64,000 nt of DNA. It comes from Candidatus Thorarchaeota archaeon (GTDB lineage: Archaea; Asgardarchaeota; Thorarchaeia; Thorarchaeales; Thorarchaeaceae). The stretch covers positions 102,910-166,909 of the forward strand of contig RDNZ01000002.1 in NCBI GenBank assembly GCA_011364905.1, in the 5' to 3' direction. Numbering within the stretch: position 1 is the stretch's first letter; each line of letters begins with the position of its first letter. The notes under the pieces are model-generated. The model searched no databases. It was not told where the DNA came from and worked only from the letters and a program-made list of their open reading frames with translations. Positions 10,042 through 18,104 of this stretch are shown piece by piece. The position numbers and the translations under genes are program-made.

Positions 10042-10637
10042 GCACCTCCACCCGCATACATAGTATAGTAAATGAAACCAAGAATCATAATGAATCCAAT
10101 GAACTCAATAGCGCCGCTTCGAGGCTTATTCTTCAAGGCAGCCACTACAAGAGAGAGGTCTCCGGACCGCAAGGAGCAGTTGAAAAGAATCCCGAGAGCC
10201 ACCCACCAGAATACGAAAATCCAGAGTGGTTCCACATAGATCATTACGGGTAAGACTATCAAAGCAAATGCTGCAAAGACTGCAGCCACAACGTTCAGAA
10301 ACAGGACAATGAGTACAATGCCTACTCTAGGTGGTCTGTCGACCTTGAGGAATACATTGATCTCGCCATAGGTTGATGAACTTCCAACATCTTCGACATC
10401 AACCCTGAATCCCTTGGCAATAAGAAATCGTATCCCCATATAAGCGAGGGTTCCCGGAAGGAAGACAATAGTAAGAAACGTCATGAGCTTGTTTCTTGTC
10501 CAGTCCTCGAACTCGCGTTTCTGCCCAGACAACAACAGTAGGCCTCTCAGGATTGTGGCTCCAATGATTACATAGGGAGTCACACTGAATGAGAAGAACA
10601 GATTGGCAAGCATCAACGTTCCAATGTCAGATTGCAC
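10038..10637 (-). CDS. Membrane protein resembling M50-like zincin peptidases but lacking HExxH
   Basis: About 5 TM segments; FLPGTLAYMGIRFLIAKGFRVDV aligns to the PGxxxHExxH pattern; downstream SGD. Confidence 0.6.
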   Translation of the reverse strand: MQSDIGTLMLANLFFSFSVTPYVIIGATILRGLLLLSGQKREFEDWTRNKLMTFLTIVFLPGTLAYMGIRFLIAKGFRVDVEDVGSSSTYGEINVFLKVDRPPRVGIVLIVLFLNVVAAVFAAFALIVLPVMIYVEPLWIFVFWWVALGILFNCSLRSGDLSLVVAALKNKPRSGAIEFIGFIMILGFIYYTMYAGGGA

Positions 10638-10871
10638 TCTTCGAGATCCTTCCTCCCATTATGACTGTTGCCTATTCCATCGTGGCAGTTTGAGTCTTTC
10701 ATGGTAGGTATGTAAATGCACAGAGTATTCCTAAGCTTTCAGGACAGGCTATTTGAAGAACGATAAATAAGAAAGTAGGAAAATCTAAACAATAATATTC
10801 TCCCGTCTTTTTTAGAAGTTTTTGATTTCTATTTTTCGCGAATAAAGCACCCATATCGCTTATCTACTATA

Positions 10872-10892
10872 GGCTTGGGTCCAAAAGTGCAA
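10872..10892 (-). promoter_or_regulatory. Shared 21-bp upstream motif, copy 1 (TTGCACTTTTGGACCCAAGCC)
   Basis: 18/21 identical to copy 2; 235 bp upstream of the 10637 start. Confidence 0.6.
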
Positions 10893-10987
10893 CAAAGACG
10901 TGCTCCTTTGGCTCAATTCTTCTTTGGATATGAATACAGGTTCGCAAACCTTCGATGTGTCTATAGGTAACCAAACGTCACTCTTCA

Positions 10988-11974
10988 TTACACAAAGCTT
11001 TCCAGTGTTGTCTGTGTGTTACCAAACATTTTCCATATATGCACCAGCTCACGGGTTTTGGCTTCTGCCCTATCCTTCCCCATTGCAGGTTGGAGAAGTC
11101 TGACAAGTCTCGGAGTTATGAGCGGCTTTAAGGTTAGGTCCACGCCCTTTGCACTCATAAATGAGGCTTCGTCAAAAACCTCTCTGGCCTCGATGTAGTC
11201 CTCTCTTTCAGACAGTTTCAGACCTCTTGCTTTCAGCAAATATCTCAGACCGCCATATCGTTTCAATTCAATTGCACCTTTCCGTGGTCCGAGACCCTTG
11301 ATGCCTTTCTTATGAAAGTCACATCCGCAAACTATTGCTAGGTCTCGAAGCAGTTCAAGATCAAGGTCCAAAACTCGCTCCAGCTCACTAAGGGTTGTGT
11401 ACTCCATGGTCCCCTTGGACAACTGAAGACTCTTGATGACGTGAGGACTGCCGAATAACAGGGCATCAGCGTCATTGGAAACCACAGAACCTACTAGACC
11501 CTCTCGACACAGGACTGCACCAAACATCTCTGCCTCGGATGGCGATGTAATTGCGGGTATCCCTGCTGCACGACAAAGGTCTTTGACGTGATTGACTGCG
11601 AAGTACATCCTAACAGCAGGACTCTCTCTTAGTGACTCTACAATCTTAATGTCGTGTGTGTCCTGCTTGATGAGAAACCGTTCATATAGCATGTGAGCTG
11701 TAGTTATGAGTTCAGGATTCGGTTTACGTTTCAGGGATTCAGGCGGTCCATCGAAAAATAGCGCTGGAAGAATATGGCGTTTAAGCGCTTGACGAATCAG
11801 TCCAAAGGTTATGTGAATATGTGCCATGGGTATCTTGTTCGATGAGATCGGTCGAATGGTGGACAACCTGCGCATCAAATAGTTGGGAGCATCGACTGCA
11901 ATTTTGGGAGTGAACAGCTCTGAAACATTGGCCCACTTCCATGGCACCAGGTTCTGCCAGTTTTTCACTCCCAT
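10988..11974 (-). CDS. FEN1/XPG-family 5' nuclease (FEN1 paralog) with C-terminal PIP box
   Basis: MGV start; IAVD, FFDG, SEAE, SNDADALLFG and GCDF acidic active-site motifs; H3TH GIKGLGPRKG; C-terminal QTTLESF. Confidence 0.9.
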   Translation of the reverse strand: MGVKNWQNLVPWKWANVSELFTPKIAVDAPNYLMRRLSTIRPISSNKIPMAHIHITFGLIRQALKRHILPALFFDGPPESLKRKPNPELITTAHMLYERFLIKQDTHDIKIVESLRESPAVRMYFAVNHVKDLCRAAGIPAITSPSEAEMFGAVLCREGLVGSVVSNDADALLFGSPHVIKSLQLSKGTMEYTTLSELERVLDLDLELLRDLAIVCGCDFHKKGIKGLGPRKGAIELKRYGGLRYLLKARGLKLSEREDYIEAREVFDEASFMSAKGVDLTLKPLITPRLVRLLQPAMGKDRAEAKTRELVHIWKMFGNTQTTLESFV

Positions 11975-11979
11975 TCCAA

Positions 11980-12699
11980 TCAACCCGTTCCTTTGAGAGT
12001 CCTCGCTCCCTTGAGTCCCAGCCGCACCACCACTGGATCTGGTAGTGGATGAACAGGACTTCGTTCCACTTGTACTCTGAGACCATCAGCTGCCATATTC
12101 ATGCTTGCTATATGGACTGTTGTGTCCACGCCATGAGCAATCACATTCCCGCCAACTGGCTTCAGAGCGCCAGTGTCCCAGTCCCTGCTTGAGTGATCAG
12201 TCAAGGCAACATGAAGATCATTGTCATTCACTAGTATACGAAGAATCTCCAATGTGTGCTGAAGCGCACGCTGCCTACCCTTAGATCCGATTCTACCACT
12301 CAGGTTAAGGATGCCTGTGAGACTATCCACTGCGACTACTCGAACGTCCCTCATGCAGCCTATCCCCTGTGCTAGTTCCTGCAGGTCCGAAAGCTCAAGC
12401 ACCTGTCCCACTATCACATTTCTCAGCAGCTCAGCTTCCTTTCCAAGCAAGGCACGGGTGAGAGGTGAGCTAAAGTTATTCCCAGAATCGATGAATACAC
12501 TCCGTCCTCCATTGAGAACACCACCAACAACAATTGCATGAGCTACAGTGGTCAGAGGTTTTCTCTCTGAGCTATGTATCAGACTGATTTGGTTTGGTAG
12601 TATCACTTGTCCCAGAGTCTCATCCAATGGTCGTGGTCGTAACCGAACCAGTGATTCCTCATGAACTGGTATGTTATCAAGCGGTAGACTCTCCGGCAA
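11980..12699 (-). CDS. RadB/Rad51-paralog-like RecA-fold protein with degenerate Walker A
   Basis: LDETLG, SVFIDSGNNF, VVAVDSL and PVGGNVIAHG motifs; the P-loop is replaced by HSSERKPLT. Confidence 0.8.
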   Translation of the reverse strand: MPESLPLDNIPVHEESLVRLRPRPLDETLGQVILPNQISLIHSSERKPLTTVAHAIVVGGVLNGGRSVFIDSGNNFSSPLTRALLGKEAELLRNVIVGQVLELSDLQELAQGIGCMRDVRVVAVDSLTGILNLSGRIGSKGRQRALQHTLEILRILVNDNDLHVALTDHSSRDWDTGALKPVGGNVIAHGVDTTVHIASMNMAADGLRVQVERSPVHPLPDPVVVRLGLKGARTLKGTG

Positions 12700-13666
12700 C
12701 CTCTACACCTCCCATCGATAATTGCGCAATATCACGACCAAGTAGAACGTGAGCCTCTCGACCATGTGGTAGCTGTTCGAGGTCGAATCCCGGTGCGGTA
12801 TCACTTTTGATGACTACTCGTAACCCCGTTCTGTTTGGAAACACGGTGATACGATTAGGCCACATCTCAATAAGTTTCTTCACGGTGCTTTCCTCAACAG
12901 CCACCTTATACTCATTCAATGTCATGCCTATATCATCCTCCATTAGTGGAAGACTGAGTATCGCATTGGTCATGAAAAGTGAGAGAACCTGCAAGCTTTC
13001 AGCTCCCTTCTCAGCTAGTGCTTGCTGGACTTGTTTCAAGACCTTCTCTTCTCCTTCAGTTCGTACAATCAAGATGTCGCATTCTTCGTATCTTGTGATT
13101 GACACCGGAAGGAGTGGTCGTTCACGAAGAAGATCTAGGACTACTGCCCTCATACTATTCGGAAGGATTATTGCCTTCATGTTGAGCTTGTCAATGGACG
13201 TCCAAAATCTGCTATGTGAAACTGAACTCCGTCCTAGTATTGGAATCGAATGTCCAAAGGACGCCATTGGCTCCAGAAGGGCAGAAAATCGCTCCGTGAT
13301 GCTACCAGGCTCTTTTATTCTGCTACAACCGATAATAGTTCCACCCATTGCGAGAAAAGCAGCAATCAATCCAAATGGTAATACAACAAAGAGCATCACG
13401 ACTCCTGTATAGACGATGCAAGCCCATGAAACCACATTGAGTAAAAGGGACAGTGGTTCCTTGGTTTCCCTGCGGGCGATAAAGAGCATAATGATGGTTC
13501 CTCCCCAAACAATGACAAGAGGCTGAATATTTCCTAGCCGCCATGCTAGGACCACAGAAGCAACAGAACTCAGTAGCTGCCCACCCAGAAAAAGAGCAAC
13601 CGCTCCCGCCAGAGCATATACCATTAAGCGGAAAATTGACTTTCCGAACATTCGCTTCTCCTCCAT
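12677..13666 (-). CDS. Membrane protein (about 4 N-terminal TM segments plus a soluble domain)
   Basis: Hydrophobic N-terminal 115 aa; overlaps both neighbours. Confidence 0.75.
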   Translation of the reverse strand: MEEKRMFGKSIFRLMVYALAGAVALFLGGQLLSSVASVVLAWRLGNIQPLVIVWGGTIIMLFIARRETKEPLSLLLNVVSWACIVYTGVVMLFVVLPFGLIAAFLAMGGTIIGCSRIKEPGSITERFSALLEPMASFGHSIPILGRSSVSHSRFWTSIDKLNMKAIILPNSMRAVVLDLLRERPLLPVSITRYEECDILIVRTEGEEKVLKQVQQALAEKGAESLQVLSLFMTNAILSLPLMEDDIGMTLNEYKVAVEESTVKKLIEMWPNRITVFPNRTGLRVVIKSDTAPGFDLEQLPHGREAHVLLGRDIAQLSMGGVEVAGESTA

Positions 13667-14280
13667 TCTTGAGTTGGTACTGATAGTCGGACAACTCCTT
13701 TGATATCGATCATCATTCTTGCCAATGGGTTCCCATCAATCAACAATCTGGAGTCCCTCTCCAGGCTTCTCACTACCCGAATGTCCACTGGTTTCCAAAT
13801 CAGAATTGATTCGTGCATCACTGGTGTAACTCGTTCTTCCAGACTGCGAACTTCACTCACAAGGACAACCTTTACTCCTCGCTCCGTTAGAGCAACCAAT
13901 GATGGTAGAGCATTCTCGATCAAATCCCGACCCCACATTATCTCTTCGCGTCGAGTCATGTCAAGCACCCGTGTTATGGGGTCTACTACAATTAACGATG
14001 TGTCATCTGGAAGCATCTCACAGACTGAGAGTATGCCCTCTTGTACCTCTTTATGTCCATTGAAAATGTTCACAGTGATTTTGCTGCTGTTTTTTGTATT
14101 GGATTTCAAAGCTCTCACAAAGGAGCGTTTTCCATCAGCACAGATCCATCTCACAATACCGTCTCTTGCAGCTTCTGCAGCAAGGGAGCAGGCTAGTAGG
14201 GTCTTCCCAGATCCAGCCTCACCCCAGATATGGAAAAGGTCGCCCATCCTCAACAAAACTTTAGCCCCCAGTACTACCAC
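13624..14280 (-). CDS. RadB/Rad51-paralog-like RecA-family ATPase
   Basis: Walker A GEAGSGKT, Walker B LIVVD, VVLVSEVR; lacks the RadA N-terminal domain. Confidence 0.85.
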   Translation of the reverse strand: MVVLGAKVLLRMGDLFHIWGEAGSGKTLLACSLAAEAARDGIVRWICADGKRSFVRALKSNTKNSSKITVNIFNGHKEVQEGILSVCEMLPDDTSLIVVDPITRVLDMTRREEIMWGRDLIENALPSLVALTERGVKVVLVSEVRSLEERVTPVMHESILIWKPVDIRVVRSLERDSRLLIDGNPLARMMIDIKGVVRLSVPTQEWRRSECSESQFSA

Positions 14281-15943
14281 GCTCCTTCTTTCGGGTGGGA
14301 AAGTGAGTCCGTGATGATGAGCTTGTCACACTGTGACGCTGGAGTTTGCTTCGTTTAACAACCTGCTCACTGGTCTCATCCTCTGCAGCAAGGAGAACTT
14401 GGACCGACTCCGCTGGTTCTTCATCGACTGTCTTGGCAACGACCATAGGTGGGTCTGCAAACTCCTTTCTCGTCCGATCTGGTTCTTTTATGACCCTATC
14501 ATTTGCTCCAGGGACTTCCTCTGTGTTTCCCATCACCTGCAAAAAACTGTCGAGTTCATCTTCACTCTCTGCACTAGCCGGAGCCATTTCCTCTCTTACA
14601 GGAGGTTCCTCCGGTTCAGCAAGATCCTTGTCAATCTCCATGACAATCTTTTTACTGGCATGAAGGTTGAGGATATCATCAATCCTGTTTTTCACTTCGG
14701 GACTCAGAGCACCAACATCAAAGAGAGCGTTGTTAAGAACTCCAAGGTGTCCGATAATCTCATGTTCCTTCAAAGGTGTGCTGCTATGTCCGGTAAGGCC
14801 AACATACGCTAGACCGAGAGCTTCTTCCTCACCCTCCCCGAATTCTAACCCGATGTTCTTGAATAAGCTCAAGAATTTTTCAAGACCAGGATCACCAGAG
14901 AGATTAGGCATTTCGACAGTGCTAGTAGGAGTAAGCCTTACGCATTCATCTAATATTGTAAACAGGGAGCCCACTGATTTGTTGAAATCGCCAGTTTCTA
15001 TAGATTCGGCAGCACTATCCATCAGCGGGGTCACTATGAAGTTTAGTGTGCCAACGAGTTCAAGTCGGTTAGCATTCTCCATTATTGAAGATGTGACCCG
15101 GTTAGAATCTCCAACCTCAGACAAAGCAGAAACCTCTTCATTTAGAGCACTACGAAAGCTGCCTATTGCAGTGTTTGCTCCCTGGAGCATCCATGAACCA
15201 AGCAGAAATGATATGCAGAAAACGACAAGCGGGAAGATTAGTGTTCCATTATTCAATAACGCGCCTGCAATGCCGAACCCAGCCATCACCCCCATGACAA
15301 TACAGAGTATACCGAGCCAAGACCTCCTCAGACCTGTTTCTAAATCATCCCACTTAGTGGAGCTCACATTCTTCTGAACATCATGCAAGTGAGATCGAGA
15401 GTCACTACTTAGCAGGAGTCCAAGTTCATTATCAGGTAAGATACGGGATGAATCAGTAAGCCACGATAAGTCTCTACGAGAGCTGCCCTCCTTGTATACA
15501 GCGTAGATAGTACGAGTTTCATGAATTAGGGATGATGATTTCGAATCAATGGACCTCATAACAGAGAACTCCACTCGCCCAAATGACGATAGGAGAGACC
15601 TCGCCTCGAACGCGTCCAGTAGTCCTACATCTTTGAGGATGCTCTTCAAGGACCCATTGACACTTTCGAGTATTGCGGCTTGCATAGCCAGAGTGGAGCG
15701 ACCAAACCTGGCCTTCTTCAGGTCAAGTACATAAGCAACATCTACATAGACGCCCCTGGTTCCTGGAATGCCAACCAGTCGCACTCCCAAGACCAACCCA
15801 TTGGGATATTCTGCTGTTCTATGACCCGCTCCTTCTAGCACTCGAACAACGTCCGTGGTGGCCCGCTCCAAACTTGTGCCAATGGACGACTCACTCTCTT
15901 CTTCCTCAGTGATTTTTTCATCATCAACTGCTGTCATTAACAT
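14261..15943 (-). CDS. 560-aa protein with two central TM helices and an acidic, disordered C-tail
   Basis: TM pair at about aa 209-255; coupled within the operon. Confidence 0.75.
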   Translation of the reverse strand: MLMTAVDDEKITEEEESESSIGTSLERATTDVVRVLEGAGHRTAEYPNGLVLGVRLVGIPGTRGVYVDVAYVLDLKKARFGRSTLAMQAAILESVNGSLKSILKDVGLLDAFEARSLLSSFGRVEFSVMRSIDSKSSSLIHETRTIYAVYKEGSSRRDLSWLTDSSRILPDNELGLLLSSDSRSHLHDVQKNVSSTKWDDLETGLRRSWLGILCIVMGVMAGFGIAGALLNNGTLIFPLVVFCISFLLGSWMLQGANTAIGSFRSALNEEVSALSEVGDSNRVTSSIMENANRLELVGTLNFIVTPLMDSAAESIETGDFNKSVGSLFTILDECVRLTPTSTVEMPNLSGDPGLEKFLSLFKNIGLEFGEGEEEALGLAYVGLTGHSSTPLKEHEIIGHLGVLNNALFDVGALSPEVKNRIDDILNLHASKKIVMEIDKDLAEPEEPPVREEMAPASAESEDELDSFLQVMGNTEEVPGANDRVIKEPDRTRKEFADPPMVVAKTVDEEPAESVQVLLAAEDETSEQVVKRSKLQRHSVTSSSSRTHFPTRKKERGSTGG

Positions 15944-18104
15944 TCCTCCCTAATCGCTCTTCTATTCCCCCAAGGAGCCCACTGCTCAGTTCCACGAGTC
16001 TTGAGAGACCCCCTAATCCTGCAAGCACAACAATGCTGGCTAGCAACCATCGTGACCTCTCCAGTAGACTATATGCATCCCCCACTGGAATACCAACGTT
16101 CTCTGAAATGTCTCTTATGGACATAGAAGTGGTAGCGGCGGCACCAATCAGGTTTTCAAACGACTCATCAAGCTCGGAAACAGACTCCATCGACACAAGA
16201 TGCCTTACGAGAGAGAGAAGCGAAACAGCATCCTCTGTGAATGGCATCATGGCCATTAGCTCTCGTATCGTCCTCATGCGGAGATACAGCCTATTCACTG
16301 TCCTTCCGAGTCTTGTGATCTTGAAAGCGCCTTCCTTGCTTCCCTCAATGAGCCCCAATCGTGATAATGCACCTGTGGGACTAGACTCTTCCATGGCGAT
16401 GGGCACGATGTAGTTCGCTAGAGGTCGTATCTTTTCATTGCGTGATGCCTTGAGTCCGAGAGAAACCAGATGCATACAAAGGATACCAGTTTCATCCAAT
16501 GGATTACCACATGAACAACTTGCACCTTCTACAGTGCCACTGGTCTGGAGTCGGGTGGAGAACCGACAGGTGAAGCTCCCACCTTGAAAACCTGAAACTA
16601 TTCCTCCGAGGACATCCTCGCTGGTTTCCCTGATGCTGACGGAGCCTAGTGCGTCTTTTCTTGCAGCCTGAACTGTGTCAGGCAGGGCATGTTTCTCAAT
16701 AACCGATTCCGCTGAGATCTCTCCGAGATGTAGGGGCCTCATGGGACTTCTAACATCTCTCACCGCGCAGAACACGAGATAAGACTCGCTCATTATGTCC
16801 TCCATCTGTTTCACTGTGCTCTCATTCATGGTGTCAAGAAGGACAAGAATTTGCTCGGTAAGCGATGCCGCTGAACCGAGCCTACTCCTCACTCTTTCAT
16901 ATCGAGGAATCAGGGTTTCACCAACCTCATCAAAGTATCTGCGCTTCACAAGCTCGCACTCACCTCTACTACTAGTGAGGATGACACCAAAGCCCATAAC
17001 ATCATGTCCAGGTCTCCCCGCACGTCCAAGCATTTGATGGACTGTGTTAGCAGAGAGCATCTCTCTATGATCCTCCGGCGAACGACAACTGGTGAGCACA
17101 ACGGTACGAGCTGGGAGATCCATTCCTGCAGCTAGGGTAGATGTTGCACAGATTACACGTAACATGCCTTTTCTGAACAAGCGCTCCACCAAAGCTCTGA
17201 CACTCGAGCTGAGTCCAGCATGGTGGAATCCTACGCCATTATGCAAGACTTTCCGTAGGGGCGCCGGAACTGTCATGAAGGATGTTTCTACAGAGTTAAT
17301 TTCATCGTCCAGGGCTTTTCGCTCAATGGAACCAAGTTGCCTAATCACATTTTCAGACAATCGTTCAGCCTCAAGTTCAGCAAACCTTCGGGTTCTGTGA
17401 AAGGTGATGACTTGACCGTTTGCCTGCACTACCGTCATCACTGTTTTTTGGACTGCTCGGGCCTTATCGGGTGTGTGGACTACCTTACAGACAAGCGGAA
17501 CAGGACGCTCATCAGATGCAACAAGTCCGCAACCAAGCCATTCCGCTAGTTCATCTGGGTCCTTAACTGTGGCTGAGAGTGCTACTATCTGCAGGTCGTC
17601 AATGCTTCGTTTCAAACGAAGGATAGTGCTTTCTAGTCTTGCTCCTCGTGTCGAGTCCGAAAGGTTTTGGACCTCATCTATGACCACTGTTCCGACCTCT
17701 GGAAGCCACTCCACCTGGTGTCTCAACAGAGAGTCTGCTCGTTCATAGGTGGTCACAATGATGTCGTATTCTGCCATATCCTCTCCTGAAAGATGCAGGT
17801 CACCGGTAGTCACTCCAATTCTGATGGCATTTTCTTGGTACCGCTCTCTCAGAACTCGTGTTATCTGATATGCCAGAGCTCTTAGGGGTACCAAAAACAA
17901 GCCTCTTCGACCATTGAAAATCGATCTAAGCAGGCCCATCTCCCCCACCAATGTTTTTCCCGATCCTGTTGGAGCACTCACCAATATACTGGCCCCATCA
18001 AGAAGACCCTTGTCAATTGCCTCAGTCTGAACACCCCTTGGTGTGACACCAACTTGCTCTAGCATCCGAGTGACACTTGCAGGGATATCAGTGACAGACA
18101 TCAT
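15924..18104 (-). CDS. hel308: Hel308/Ski2-like SF2 DNA helicase with an inserted SWIM zinc finger
   Basis: APTGSGKT, PLRALA, DEVQ, LSAT, FHHAGL, TSTLAAGMDLPA and QMLGRAGR; SWIM motif CSC-x10-CMH. Confidence 0.9.
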   Translation of the reverse strand: MMSVTDIPASVTRMLEQVGVTPRGVQTEAIDKGLLDGASILVSAPTGSGKTLVGEMGLLRSIFNGRRGLFLVPLRALAYQITRVLRERYQENAIRIGVTTGDLHLSGEDMAEYDIIVTTYERADSLLRHQVEWLPEVGTVVIDEVQNLSDSTRGARLESTILRLKRSIDDLQIVALSATVKDPDELAEWLGCGLVASDERPVPLVCKVVHTPDKARAVQKTVMTVVQANGQVITFHRTRRFAELEAERLSENVIRQLGSIERKALDDEINSVETSFMTVPAPLRKVLHNGVGFHHAGLSSSVRALVERLFRKGMLRVICATSTLAAGMDLPARTVVLTSCRSPEDHREMLSANTVHQMLGRAGRPGHDVMGFGVILTSSRGECELVKRRYFDEVGETLIPRYERVRSRLGSAASLTEQILVLLDTMNESTVKQMEDIMSESYLVFCAVRDVRSPMRPLHLGEISAESVIEKHALPDTVQAARKDALGSVSIRETSEDVLGGIVSGFQGGSFTCRFSTRLQTSGTVEGASCSCGNPLDETGILCMHLVSLGLKASRNEKIRPLANYIVPIAMEESSPTGALSRLGLIEGSKEGAFKITRLGRTVNRLYLRMRTIRELMAMMPFTEDAVSLLSLVRHLVSMESVSELDESFENLIGAAATTSMSIRDISENVGIPVGDAYSLLERSRWLLASIVVLAGLGGLSRLVELSSGLLGGIEERLGRNVNDSS

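Noticed and set aside
10616-10702. 29-aa upstream ORF overlapping the 10637 start
   Set aside because: No RBS or other support; could easily arise by chance.
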